From an uncultured virus (IMG/VR IMGVR_UViG_3300030118_003994) (Duplodnaviria > Heunggongvirae > Uroviricota > Caudoviricetes > Crassvirales), in the IMG/VR virus record IMGVR_UViG_3300030118_003994: DNA of 64,000 nucleotides, one strand, 5' to 3'. This document shows positions 16,778 to 27,500 of this stretch, piece after piece. The translations under genes were made by a program, and so were the position numbers. Below the pieces are notes generated by a model. That model saw nothing but the letters and a program-made list of their open reading frames with translations. It had not been told where the DNA came from and ran no database searches. The number at the start of each line of letters is the position of its first letter. Positions within the stretch are counted from its first letter, which is position 1.

Positions 16778-17141
16778 CTTTAGTTTTAGTTTTATCTATA
16801 ATTTCTAAATTAGGATGCCTCCTTTTAAGAAACTCTATGTATATACTTAGGGTTTCTTTTTGTTCTGGAGTCATTGTGTTCTCTAGATTAAAACCATCCT
16901 CTGATATTCCTCCCATGTATGCTATATGTCTAGAGTTTGGCATATTCCAATCGTAAGGTTTTTTACCTTGATTAATCTGTATTGTTGACTCTATCAAGCC
17001 ATCAAAATGTATAATATCTGAAAATCCTATAGACCCATATCCGTTTATTAAATGTTCTTCGTATATGTCCTCTGTAGGTATATATACACCATAAGGTGTT
17101 TTTGTTGCGTGTATTACTAGTTTAGCCAAGCTCATAATCAA
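16764..17141 (-). CDS. N-acetylmuramoyl-L-alanine amidase-like protein (T7 lysozyme family), probably degenerate
   Basis: LVIHAT.TP, GYGSIGF, NSRHIAYMGG, NTMTPEQKETL; lacks C-terminal GH...CP Zn ligands. Confidence 0.7.
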   Translation of the reverse strand: MIMSLAKLVIHATKTPYGVYIPTEDIYEEHLINGYGSIGFSDIIHFDGLIESTIQINQGKKPYDWNMPNSRHIAYMGGISEDGFNLENTMTPEQKETLSIYIEFLKRRHPNLEIIDKTKTKVTSF

Positions 17142-17601
17142 AATCTATATATTCTATAATTACTTCTTCTCCTTTTAGTATTGCTTTAGCAATATCTGGA
17201 TATATTCTTTTATACGCATTAACGGACTTTCCAATGAAGCCATCTTTGATGATTGCATTATTTTCTTGCGAATCACCAACAAGAAGGCATCCAGCAGTAT
17301 GTTCATCAGTGTTGCCAGTATGTATAAGTATGTATTCAAAACCAGGAACATCAGTGACATGAAGCATTCCTTTGTGCATTCTGCCATATTTTTTTTTATA
17401 TCTTTCATGAAAACCCCCTTCGGTTCTTAATTTTATTTTGTATTCTCCTGCGGGCACTCTAGTTTCTCCCCTAACTTTTCTGCTTCTATGCTCATCTTCC
17501 AATGTGTAGCAAAGAAACTCAAAAGAACCTTTTCTATTGCTAAAAAGCAATCCGTTTGTTGAATCTTTTTGACTGCTAAATCTTAATACTTTTAACTCCA
17601 T
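17122..17601 (-). CDS. DUF5675-like protein, putative endolysin
   Basis: CYTLED...ETRVPAGEY...VPGFEYILIHTGN...TAGCLLVG; in lysis module. Confidence 0.75.
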   Translation of the reverse strand: MELKVLRFSSQKDSTNGLLFSNRKGSFEFLCYTLEDEHRSRKVRGETRVPAGEYKIKLRTEGGFHERYKKKYGRMHKGMLHVTDVPGFEYILIHTGNTDEHTAGCLLVGDSQENNAIIKDGFIGKSVNAYKRIYPDIAKAILKGEEVIIEYIDFDYELG

Positions 17602-17611
17602 AATTTATTTT

Positions 17612-17953
17612 TTAAACACCAACAATATCTAAACTACCTGTTGCCATAACTACTTTTAACTCCCATATTTCATTATTAAAAGATATTTCAGAACCTTCAA
17701 AAACTAAAGTAGTTCCAGGGGCCATAACATGATTTTTTAAAATATGATACGTTCCTAAAGTTGTATCTATACCTTCGTAATATAAATTAAATTTTGCATC
17801 ATCTGTACTGTGTGTGCTTGTAATATATAAGTTTTTTAATTGAGAGGGATTAATAGCTGTTTTAATTTCTCCTGTTGACTCACTTACAGTAACTTTTTTT
17901 CCTATTAAAATGTTTACCGCACTTGGAACTATGTTAAAAAATACTTGTGGCAT
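17612..17953 (-). CDS. Hypothetical beta-rich protein
   Basis: ORF in late operon. Confidence 0.6.
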   Translation of the reverse strand: MPQVFFNIVPSAVNILIGKKVTVSESTGEIKTAINPSQLKNLYITSTHSTDDAKFNLYYEGIDTTLGTYHILKNHVMAPGTTLVFEGSEISFNNEIWELKVVMATGSLDIVGV

Positions 17954-17964
17954 AATTAATAATT

Positions 17965-18537
17965 TTAAGATATAGTTAAAACTCCTCCATAAACAATATC
18001 GGATGTTGCTGTTACATTAACTTTTATAGCTAAATAATTTGTACTATTAGAAGCCACATCTGTCATATCGCAAGCACTTCCAACTACGCATCCACCTCCT
18101 GGCGTTTTATCTGTCAAAGTCCCTTCATTAACATTTGCCTCAAAAACTTCTACCGTGTTGCCGGTGTCACTACCATATATAATAACGCTAGTTGCTGTTT
18201 TTCCAGTAGGTATACTAACAAAAGCATACAACTCACTGTTTGCCTCTGAGGACCTAACACCTATAGTTCCAGTATCATCATACTGTACAGATTTGTTTAC
18301 ACCACCATCTTCATTTTGCATAAAATCTCTAGGTAATAATTTTATTTCTGTTGCGTTACCATCTTTTACAACAAAATTATTGATAGCAGTTTCAATGGTA
18401 GATTGAGTTGTTGAGTCTATGGAGTCTATATTTTTAAGAGAAGTAACTCCTGAAATATTTGTTTCTATTACATCTACATTTCCAACAATAAGACTTCTTA
18501 CTGCATTTAATAAATGTGGATTGTTTATAAATTTCAT
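17965..18537 (-). CDS. Hypothetical protein, possibly structural
   Basis: ORF in late operon, T/S/G-rich. Confidence 0.6.
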   Translation of the reverse strand: MKFINNPHLLNAVRSLIVGNVDVIETNISGVTSLKNIDSIDSTTQSTIETAINNFVVKDGNATEIKLLPRDFMQNEDGGVNKSVQYDDTGTIGVRSSEANSELYAFVSIPTGKTATSVIIYGSDTGNTVEVFEANVNEGTLTDKTPGGGCVVGSACDMTDVASNSTNYLAIKVNVTATSDIVYGGVLTIS

Positions 18538-18926
18538 TTTTTTACTTTTTCAAGGCTACGCCCCCCAAAGTAAGCTCCGATAACTGTTATTAATACTAAC
18601 TGTAGTAAATCTACCCAAGAAGCTTTAACTTCAAAACTAATTATACCAGCATCAATAAATATTAATAAAACCGTAGATGTAACCAAAAATATAAGAACCA
18701 AAGGTCTTATGTTTTTTGATAGCCATGAATCAGATTGCATGTCAACCTTCCATCTTTCAGTAACTTGCTTTTGCATCTCAGCTTCATAACCTCTTATCAT
18801 GTCTTCTATTTTTCTTTTTGCTTCTAGTCTTTCTTCATCTGTAGTTACCAAATTATCTACAACACCACCAACGGATTTTACTAAATCACTAGCTCCAGCA
18901 GAAAATATTTTACCTAATACACTCAT
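18534..18926 (-). CDS. Holin (3-TM, GTA-holin-like)
   Basis: TTDEERLEAK...RWKVDMQSDSWLSKNIRPLVL...VIGAYFGGRSLEK. Confidence 0.82.
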   Translation of the reverse strand: MSVLGKIFSAGASDLVKSVGGVVDNLVTTDEERLEAKRKIEDMIRGYEAEMQKQVTERWKVDMQSDSWLSKNIRPLVLIFLVTSTVLLIFIDAGIISFEVKASWVDLLQLVLITVIGAYFGGRSLEKVKK

Positions 18927-21208
18927 TGTTTTATTATTTTATGAATATTTATTTTACCCTCAAATATAGTAATAATATTATAAATACCACTATTATAGTT
19001 GGTTAAATCTATGTTTTTACCATTATCTTTTATTATTAACCTACCAATATTATTATATACAAATATATCAACAATTTTATTTATATAAACAATATTTTTT
19101 GTAGGATTTGGATGTAATGTTACCTCTTTATTTCTTAACATTAATTCCACACCTCCGCTCCAACCATCTGAACAATGATTATAAGTTAATACACAAACAG
19201 AATCCCATTCGTGCTCACAACAATATTCATCTACATCTATAACCCAAGCATAACAAGGGTCGTTTAACCAATAAGGATTTCCAGGGCCGGTAACACAGCC
19301 AGCATCATACAAACAATTACTATCATCTACATTTGCTTGTTCATTGTAATTGTACGCATTGACATCCATACATCCTTCAACAATAGATATACACGAACCA
19401 TTGTCAGTATTAGCCAGTGAATCATAGTTAAGAGCAGTACTATCCATGCAGCCGTAAATATAAGGAATACAAGAGAAATCTTCCGTATTAGCGGATGGGT
19501 TGTAATTAAGCATGCTAGGGTCAGTACAACCGTAAATAAAAGGTATACAAGAATTATTGTCTGCATTTGCTAAAGGATTAAAATTAAACATTGTTGAGTC
19601 TGTACAACCAAACACATAAGGAACGCAACTTCCGTCATCAGTATTAGCATTTGGGTCATAATTGAACATACTTGCATCCGTACATCCGTATATATAAGGA
19701 AGACATGTGTCTGGAGTGTTAGCTAAAGGGTCGTAATTAAAGGCTAAAGGTTGCATGCAGCCCATAATAATAGGAATACAACCGCCATTATCTATGTTTG
19801 CTAAAGAATCATAGTTAAACATAGTTGTGTCTGTGCAACCCCATATAGCAGGAGTTAAACAACTACCGTCATTGTAATCAGCAGTAAAGCCTTGTGTGTA
19901 ATATTCTAAATACGATGAATTTGTACATCCTGGAGAATAATAACAGCTACTGTCTGTAGTGTTTGCATCTTCATTATAATTAATTGCTAATGAATCTAGG
20001 CAACCATAAACCTTTTCTTCACATGTGTTTCCACAATTAGAAATAAAACTATAAGGAAATAAAGGTTGTATAAACGGAGGCATTACACTTATTAGCGTGT
20101 CTCCTTCAGGATTTATAAATGTAAAACCACATTCTATTGTAGTCAAACTAGCCTGTGACGATATATGAAATCTAAAAGTTATTGGGTCTGGAGCTGTTAA
20201 GCCTACTTGATACTCATCAGTAAAACCACCAGTGTGTGTAAACTGATAAGATGTATCAGGGTGTATTAGTTTTAAATGAGAACCTACCCAACCATTACCC
20301 ATTAAATCATGTAGTATTAAGGTATACTCACAAGTATCTATAAGCTCCATTGTGTTGGCGTTTGGGTCGTAATTAAACATGGTGCTATCTGTACACCCAA
20401 ATATCTTTAATGTTTGACAACTTCCATCATCAACAGTAGCAAATGGATTCCATTCTACATAATCATCATCTGTACACCCTAGTATAGGAGGGCATGAATC
20501 AGAAACAAATACATGTGCAGTGTCGGTTCCAAAAGCAGGATTTGTACCATACACTAAAGTATCATTACATTGTTTTACAAAATAAGAACCGTCTTGACCT
20601 TGCCAAAGTGAACCCTGCATACCATCTCCATAGGTGTCATATATATTAAAAACTAAAGGTCCTTTTGGTATTTGAACCGGAATTACAACCGTAGCGTAAT
20701 CTGGTTGTGAGTTGTAGCCTCCGCCAGAAGCATACATTATTCCATTTGTATCTTTAATATCCCAGCTGGTTTCACCTTGATATTGGTCTAAGTTTATTAT
20801 AACTTTAGCTGGTACTAGCTGTACCGGTGGTGGTTGAGGCATACACTGTGGAACAGTTCTATTATGAACCAATCCATTTGAAAATGTACTTACAGGATAA
20901 TTTACAACTGTATCTCCACATATAGTTACATAATACTCACCATTAGTAATACCATCTCCGTAAGAATCAAATATAACCCAAGATATATTTGCAATACTAT
21001 CTGGTATGTATACCGTGTCATGATTCATTACATTTGGCTGTGTGTAATGACCATAAGAAACATAATCTATAGTATCTCCTTGATAAACATCTTTGTGTAA
21101 TGTCCATTTAGTTTCAGATGGATACGAGTCCGTCTTAATGCTTATAATAACTTCTTTTTGTGCAAAAGCTAATATAGGAAATAAAAATAAAATTATTAGT
21201 TTTTTCAT
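18923..21208 (-). CDS. Secreted Cys-rich repeat protein with T9SS type A C-terminal sorting domain
   Basis: Sec signal MKKLIILFLFPILAFA; about 10 GC(T/M/L)D..(A/M).NY...AN.DDGSC repeats; C-terminus LHPNPTKN...VYNNIGRLI...IDLTNYNSGIY...KIIKQ. Confidence 0.85.
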   Translation of the reverse strand: MKKLIILFLFPILAFAQKEVIISIKTDSYPSETKWTLHKDVYQGDTIDYVSYGHYTQPNVMNHDTVYIPDSIANISWVIFDSYGDGITNGEYYVTICGDTVVNYPVSTFSNGLVHNRTVPQCMPQPPPVQLVPAKVIINLDQYQGETSWDIKDTNGIMYASGGGYNSQPDYATVVIPVQIPKGPLVFNIYDTYGDGMQGSLWQGQDGSYFVKQCNDTLVYGTNPAFGTDTAHVFVSDSCPPILGCTDDDYVEWNPFATVDDGSCQTLKIFGCTDSTMFNYDPNANTMELIDTCEYTLILHDLMGNGWVGSHLKLIHPDTSYQFTHTGGFTDEYQVGLTAPDPITFRFHISSQASLTTIECGFTFINPEGDTLISVMPPFIQPLFPYSFISNCGNTCEEKVYGCLDSLAINYNEDANTTDSSCYYSPGCTNSSYLEYYTQGFTADYNDGSCLTPAIWGCTDTTMFNYDSLANIDNGGCIPIIMGCMQPLAFNYDPLANTPDTCLPYIYGCTDASMFNYDPNANTDDGSCVPYVFGCTDSTMFNFNPLANADNNSCIPFIYGCTDPSMLNYNPSANTEDFSCIPYIYGCMDSTALNYDSLANTDNGSCISIVEGCMDVNAYNYNEQANVDDSNCLYDAGCVTGPGNPYWLNDPCYAWVIDVDEYCCEHEWDSVCVLTYNHCSDGWSGGVELMLRNKEVTLHPNPTKNIVYINKIVDIFVYNNIGRLIIKDNGKNIDLTNYNSGIYNIITIFEGKINIHKIIKQ
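18961..18968 (-). promoter_or_regulatory. Possible internal promoter for lysis genes (TATATTTG)
   Basis: Exact TATATTTG on - strand about 35 nt upstream of holin ATG. Confidence 0.4.
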
Positions 21209-21294
21209 GCCTTACAACAGTTATCTCCACAAGTATCAATACATACTTTTCCAAAAGTAATTTTACATAATAATTTGCATATAAATTTTTTCAT
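21205..21294 (-). CDS. Cys-rich 29-aa peptide MKKFICKLLCKITFGKVCIDTCGDNCCKA
   Basis: Hand-translated; fills the gap; TGA overlaps next ATG (ATGA); A-rich leader. Confidence 0.7.
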   Translation of the reverse strand: MKKFICKLLCKITFGKVCIDTCGDNCCKA

Positions 21295-21305
21295 TTTTTT
21301 TTGTT

Positions 21306-21668
21306 TTAAAAGTCACTCATTAATTGATTATCTATTTCTTCCTGCACCTCCTCTCTAGTTGCTACCATTTTAAATGATAAGTCTGCTTGAAACCTAGCAA
21401 CTTCTTCTCCGTCTTTAAATATAACAATGGTTGGTACCACAGCTATTTTATGTTTTTTTTGTGCCTCTGTATTTTTAGCTACATCCACATATCCTATTGT
21501 TTGACACTCTTTTAATCCTTGAATCCAGTCTACATCATTAGCCTCATTCCACCCTGCATTAAATTGTATTATTTTAATTTGCCCAAAAGCAGTGCTAGCA
21601 AAAAATACTAAAAACATTATTAAGGCGTATAAAAAATACTGAGGCCAAGTTGAATTACGCTCTTCCAT
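21306..21668 (-). CDS. Exported thioredoxin-fold protein lacking CxxC
   Basis: Signal/TM N-terminus; QFNAGWNEAN in place of FxAxWCxxC; IAVVPTIVIFKDGEEV. Confidence 0.75.
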   Translation of the reverse strand: MEERNSTWPQYFLYALIMFLVFFASTAFGQIKIIQFNAGWNEANDVDWIQGLKECQTIGYVDVAKNTEAQKKHKIAVVPTIVIFKDGEEVARFQADLSFKMVATREEVQEEIDNQLMSDF

Positions 21669-21946
21669 TATCTATTATATAATTTATCTTCAATTTTTTC
21701 TAACGTAGCTTTTATTTCTTGTACATCCTCCTGTGTATCCATAATAGTTTGACGTATCATCTGGTCTTTCATGTCAAACTCCATGCGTGTTACTTCTGGG
21801 TCTGGTGGTGCTGGCAACTCTTTAGCTTCATTTATATCAGCTTGTAGTGTAAACCACATACCAACTAGAGTAAATATTAGTGCAGCAATACCAGCTAGCG
21901 TTTTGATGCTCACTTTAAAACTAGTGTCTTCGTTTAGCTCTTTCAT
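21668..21946 (-). CDS. Single-TM protein with coiled-coil
   Basis: LAGIAALIFTLVGMWFTL then heptad-rich tail. Confidence 0.7.
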   Translation of the reverse strand: MKELNEDTSFKVSIKTLAGIAALIFTLVGMWFTLQADINEAKELPAPPDPEVTRMEFDMKDQMIRQTIMDTQEDVQEIKATLEKIEDKLYNR

Positions 21947-21947
21947 T

Positions 21948-23081
21948 TTAAAATATTATATAATTAACACCTAATTTAAAATCATACCACTCTCTATTCC
22001 AGTATTTATTGTATTTACCCTCTACAAAATAACCTAAACTTTTATCTACTTTTATACCGTATATCAAGCCTCCTGAATAATCATACCACTGTTCATTGTT
22101 ATTATACTTATGATAACTAAACTCAGTATCATCATCGTAATGCCACGGTAATAAATTACCCCAAACATGAAGCCATGTTTTTTTACTATACTTATAATAA
22201 TCAAATCCTACAATTATAGAATGTTGTATAACTCTTTCTAATTCGTTTCTTTTTTTCTGTGTGTAATCTGCTATTACTTGTGGTATTACATTTTCTTCCC
22301 AAACCTCTACAGAAGTAGCCACTATATTGCCCTCAGGGTCTTTGTATTCGCTATTTGCAACATCTATAGTGTAACCCTCCTGTATAGCTAAATAAGTGTA
22401 ATGTAGGCTTCCATTTGATAACATCCATTCTTCTAAAGGATTGTATCCGTATGGTTCTGAAAGCCTGTGTGCGGCACCTATACTAAATGATAAATCTTTA
22501 TCTTTCTTCCATCTATATCTTTCTGATAATTCAAAATATTCTACATCTGCAAAACCATCTTTTACATACTCTACTTTTGCAGCAAAGTGGTCTACACATA
22601 AAGGCCCATCACAATTATCATCTGAACTATATCTAATAAAATGATGTTGGTCTATATAATCTAAACCTTGTTGTCTAGCATAATCTATTTCAAATAGATA
22701 CTCAAACCCTTGCACCTTACCTACAGTAGCAGCATCTGTATAATTAGACTCTGTACCATCATAAAATGTATTAGCTCTATTTTCATATCCAAATCTAGCT
22801 ATTTTTCTAACACCTATTGTTAATGAGTAATCGTATGGAGTTAATATAACACCCTCTTGTAATTGTCCAGATGTAACACTAAATGTTTTAATATCGTATT
22901 TTGAAGTACCACCGTTTATAGCTCCATAAACAGTTGCAAATTTAGCATGTTTTTTTAAGGATTTTTGTAAGTCGAAGTCTTTTAAATATTCAGAGTAAGC
23001 AGAAAGATTTTGTGAGCAACATGTTTTTGGTGAAGAACAAGAGGCAATAGTTAATAATAATATTATTAATATTTTTTTCAT
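21948..23081 (-). CDS. Outer-membrane beta-barrel-like protein with lipoprotein-like signal
   Basis: MKKILIILLLTIASC; Tyr-rich alternating strands; C-terminal FKLGVNYIIF (BAM-type terminal Phe). Confidence 0.65.
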   Translation of the reverse strand: MKKILIILLLTIASCSSPKTCCSQNLSAYSEYLKDFDLQKSLKKHAKFATVYGAINGGTSKYDIKTFSVTSGQLQEGVILTPYDYSLTIGVRKIARFGYENRANTFYDGTESNYTDAATVGKVQGFEYLFEIDYARQQGLDYIDQHHFIRYSSDDNCDGPLCVDHFAAKVEYVKDGFADVEYFELSERYRWKKDKDLSFSIGAAHRLSEPYGYNPLEEWMLSNGSLHYTYLAIQEGYTIDVANSEYKDPEGNIVATSVEVWEENVIPQVIADYTQKKRNELERVIQHSIIVGFDYYKYSKKTWLHVWGNLLPWHYDDDTEFSYHKYNNNEQWYDYSGGLIYGIKVDKSLGYFVEGKYNKYWNREWYDFKLGVNYIIF

Positions 23082-23783
23082 TTAACCTACGCTCACTAAA
23101 TAATTATACAATTCATTTCTGTCTGAATCACTAAGAGAATCATTACAAACAATAACTTCGTACCAAAAAGATATGTTTGCTGGTATACCCATTCTTCTTA
23201 TACCTATTGTTGTTGATGTAGCTACATTTAGACTATCACCATCGTTAGCAGTTGCTTTTATATTGTCTTTGTAAACTTCTATATCTCCGTTAGACTTTCT
23301 TTCAAATCCAATAATAAAATCTTGACCCTCTATTATTTCATCTATTGCAAAGTCGTGTCTAGAGCCTATTTTTACCCTTGCTTCATCAGGAGATGCTATT
23401 TTTAAAAAGTGACTACTTCCTGCGTCATCCATTAAGTCTTCAGCAGATATTGTTGAGCTTTCATCCCACTTTATCTTAAAGTAAATAGCAAAAGTACCCA
23501 AAGTAAGTGCAGAACTAAAAACAAAATCATCTACAGTAGATTGAAATTTTATAGTTCCATCACTTTGAAGTTGTGGCATTTTATCCTTGTTGTTGGTTAC
23601 TGCAGGTGCAGTGTTGTTTGAGCCTTTAGAGTCAGCCCAAGCTGTTACAGCGTTAGCATCACCCCCTACTTCCGTAACATCAATTCCTGTATTAAACTTA
23701 TACCAGTGTAATAAAGATGATAAGTTTGTCGGGTCAAAACCCGAAACATCTGTTTTGGTTAAAGATAGTCCGAGTCCTAACAT
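23082..23783 (-). CDS. Virion protein with ConA/LamG-like domain
   Basis: MLGLGLSL N-terminus, LLHWYK...WADSKGSN, YEVIVCNDSLSDSDR...YL. Confidence 0.65.
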   Translation of the reverse strand: MLGLGLSLTKTDVSGFDPTNLSSLLHWYKFNTGIDVTEVGGDANAVTAWADSKGSNNTAPAVTNNKDKMPQLQSDGTIKFQSTVDDFVFSSALTLGTFAIYFKIKWDESSTISAEDLMDDAGSSHFLKIASPDEARVKIGSRHDFAIDEIIEGQDFIIGFERKSNGDIEVYKDNIKATANDGDSLNVATSTTIGIRRMGIPANISFWYEVIVCNDSLSDSDRNELYNYLVSVG

Positions 23784-23786
23784 GGT

Positions 23787-24503
23787 TTACTTTTTAGTGT
23801 AAACAATACAGGCTCCAGTAGTAAGAGTAATATCTGTAGCAGGAAGATATACAGTCATTCCTTTTGGTATTTTAACATCAAAAGCACCATCAGTATCAAA
23901 CATGTTTACTTGAAGACCACTGTCTGCTGATGTTTTATACACATTACCGTCTACATTTCCACATATTTGATGAGTTCTATCGTTACTTGCAGCTTTTCTA
24001 GTGAATGTACCGTAAGAAAAATCTTGGTCTGAAACCTTAGCTATCCAAGAATCTTTTCCGTTTAAAGTTCCGTCATCATCTATTGTTATAGCTCCAGCAC
24101 CTAAACTTTCTTCTAGTTTTACTTCATTACTAGCAGTGTCTATGGCTTGTATAAAATATATTGTTTTATCTTTAAACTCAGTAGGTCTACTTCCAGTAGA
24201 CTCTTGAACAGTACCTGTAGGTAAATCTGTACCACCCCAGTTTAAAAGAACTCTATCACCAACAGAAAGCTTGTTTATAGCTGCAGCAGGCAAAGTAAAC
24301 TCATTAGAAGCGTTTGTAACAGCAGAAATAATATAATGCTCTTCAGTTGTAATAGTTGGAGTCATATCCAAGTCTAATTGTGAAAAAACACACTCTTCTA
24401 AAGTTTGTATAGCGTATCCTTGTATACCACTACACGCATCACCATCGTGCATTAATAAAGTAGGACCTCCCATTCCTAGTGATAATTGAAAAGATTTTGA
24501 CAT
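23787..24503 (-). CDS. Putative virion protein with inserted FCCH-like beta domain
   Basis: KLSVGDRV...IYFIQ...VKLEESLG insert; IPKGMTVY...ITLTTG C-terminus. Confidence 0.55.
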   Translation of the reverse strand: MSKSFQLSLGMGGPTLLMHDGDACSGIQGYAIQTLEECVFSQLDLDMTPTITTEEHYIISAVTNASNEFTLPAAAINKLSVGDRVLLNWGGTDLPTGTVQESTGSRPTEFKDKTIYFIQAIDTASNEVKLEESLGAGAITIDDDGTLNGKDSWIAKVSDQDFSYGTFTRKAASNDRTHQICGNVDGNVYKTSADSGLQVNMFDTDGAFDVKIPKGMTVYLPATDITLTTGACIVYTKK

Positions 24504-24525
24504 AATTTTTTATTTTTATAGTTTA

Positions 24526-24572
24526 CAAATATAGTTTTTTTTTCTGTTATTAACAAGTAAAATGTTTATAAA
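24526..24572 (-). promoter_or_regulatory. Late promoter TATATTTG (24526-24533) with GTTATTAACA box (24546-24555)
   Basis: CAAATATA on + strand in intergenic gap. Confidence 0.7.
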
Positions 24573-24573
24573 T

Positions 24574-27500
24574 TTAATCAAAAGCACTCTTTATTCTTTT
24601 ACCTCGTGTTGCGTCATAGAATTCTACAGGTGCTTTGTCAAATCTATCCATCATTATATCATAATATCTTTGTATAGTAGCATCTTGAGCTATAGCTGTA
24701 CCTCTAAGCATTAAATACACTCTTATCATATTTACAAGCATGTTTTCTACAGCCAACTCTTTTCTAAATTTTTCATTAGCAAATTTAGCAGATTCTGGGT
24801 CGTAAACACCCTTTTGTTTTCTGAAAGCTGTATAATCCTCACTAAAGTTTTCTACTTGTATCAATAAATTGTCAATATGCGGAAGCATCATATTAATTAA
24901 TTTTCCAGGGTCTGCGGTAGGAGTAACATACAACCCCTCTTTTACTAAAGCCTCAGCAGTAGACATTCCTTTTTCTACTTCTAAAAGTTTTCTTAACTGA
25001 GTTTCGTTTTCTAAAAGCTCATCTTGAATTTGTTGTTTACTCATGCCGGCAGCCCTACCTTTTGTTTTTAACCATTCATCGTATACGTAACCAAGAGCAG
25101 CAGCAGAAGCCCTACCAGATGCACCATATTGAGATTGAGCTAGAAAAAGAGCATTTGAAACAATTTGGTCTTTTATACCTTTTCTTGTAAACATTTTATC
25201 CCATTCTTTATCAAAATTTTCTCTAAGAATTCTAAGTTCTTTTTCCGTATCATAACGACCCATTTTGTCGTCTTTTTCGTTTTTCAGTATAATAAACTTG
25301 TTTAAAAAATACTCTGTCACTAAGTATTCTGCACTTATACCCATACCGTAAGCTATACCAGCCCCTATAATAGCAGTAAACGCTCTTGCTCCTTGCTCTT
25401 TTGTTTTTAAACTTTCTCCAGCCATCATATCTCTAACAGCCTTTCTAGCCATAGAAACTTCTAGATAACCAAAATTACCCATAAATGTTAATACTGGTGC
25501 AAATTCACTAGTTGACCTTACAGGGCCTGCAACAGTTAGTATAGCGGTACGACCAGCTCCTTTAACCCCTACATTTTTCCATTGCATAGCAGCCCTATCT
25601 CCAATAGCAGCAGCATCTAATATAGCTTTTTTATATTTTTTTTGATATTCAGGTTTTTTAATTTCAGAATAGCTAAAATCTTTTCCTGTTATTCTTTTAA
25701 ACTCCGCCTTAAAAGCAGGCATAAAAGCCAAATGAAGAGTGTTTCTATCTACAGAACTAAGAGCCCAATTACTAGCTCTATTAAAAAGTCCTTTTGTTTG
25801 CCCTGTAATGTCTTTTGAAAACTCTATATCATGTCTAGAATATCTGTTTAAAAACTGACTGTTTGTTAATTTTAAAATAGTCTGCATAGATGATTGAAGG
25901 TCAGCTTCTTTTAAATCTCTATCTACTGATTTATTTAAAAGATTTCCAAGTTTATTTATATTAGCAGAAGCTAAATCAGTTGCTTGTTTATGAAAAGATT
26001 CTAAAGTTGATATTTCCTTAGGAGTTTCGGCTGCACCAATAAAAGTTCTTCCAGTTTCAGCACCAACTTCTGTGATTAATCTACCAACCCTAACTAGCCT
26101 AGAACTATACAAAGACTGCAGCAAAGGTGACAATAGCTCTGAGTTAAGAAAATGCCTTTCATATTGTAAATGTAAACCCACACCGTCTTTCATTCTGTTA
26201 TTCAAGGCATCAAAGTATCCTTCATAGTTTTCTCCAGATTTAATTTTAGCGTCTTTTAACAGCTCTCTAACTATATTAGAAGGTTGTGTAAAATAAAAAT
26301 CAGTATTGACCTCTCTCACTCTATTATTTACAACTCTGTTAACATTAAAGTCTATAGCTTTAATATCGGTAGTAGTTCTTTCTTTACCAGCATTTGAGGC
26401 TAGTTTATTATTGTTTTTAAAAATTTCTTCTGTCCAACTTTTATAATGTTCTTTATTTGCAAGAACTTGACTTCTTGCTTTTGGATTCAATATTAAAGGA
26501 TAATACTGGTTTACACCTTCAAAAGGAATACCCCTTATGCCATTTGCATAATTTTGTTTTGGAAGAAGCTCTGTATCCATAAGTCTTCTAAACTCATTAA
26601 TCATTTTCTTTTCTCTTGCTGTTAATTGACTTAGTGCTTTTTTAATATCTATAACTTCTTTTCCATCAACAGTTTTTTTAGGAAGGTCTTTGTATATTTC
26701 TTTTAGTATTTTAATCTCTCCTTCTTTGTATGTATTTATAAGATTAGGCTTTTCTAAAATAGTCTTTAAAACATTCGTGTTGTCTATAGTGTTTCTTTGT
26801 ATTTGAGCCAATATAACACCAACCTTGTTATCAGATTTTACTTTTTGTCTATATATAGGGTTTACATACCTTGAAAAAGGAAGAGCAAGAATATTTCCTG
26901 AAACTTCTCTTTCAATCCATTTAGAAAACTTACCATCACGAGCACCAGTAGCATTTTCCCACCTTTCTAGAGTTTCTCTTGTATCTCTATCATATTTAGT
27001 CATCGCTCTTGTAAGTGGAGCTATAATTTCTTTATCTAATAAACCTGCGTTTTTTACATCTTTTTCTGCTCTAAATATTTCAGATATTAATCCAAGAGGA
27101 GTATAGCTTAACCTTCTTTCTAGTTCTGCCATATTTTTAGGTATTCTATCAAACAAGAAAAACGACTCAGGTTTTTTCTTGCCAGCATATTTGTCTATCC
27201 TGTTTATCAATAATTCCGATAAATTATTTGAGTGCCTGTTATTGTTAGACTCTATTAATAATCTGCCCACAACATTTATTGGAGGAACTCCATTAGATAT
27301 ATTTAATGATGCTACAAACAAATTGTCATTAAAACCTATGTTGTCAACAAACTCAACTTCTTTTAAATCTTCTATAAGTTCTTTTTCGTATTTACTTAAT
27401 TTTTTCAAATCAGAGTTTTTCAAAATTTCTTGAGCAATGTCAAATCTTTCTTTGTTAAATTTTGTTGTTTTTCCAGCTATTTTTTCTTCTAGCTTTATAA

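Noticed and set aside
19320..20480. GCTD repeats as DGR variable/template repeats
   Set aside because: Protein-level repeats with synonymous divergence; no reverse transcriptase seen
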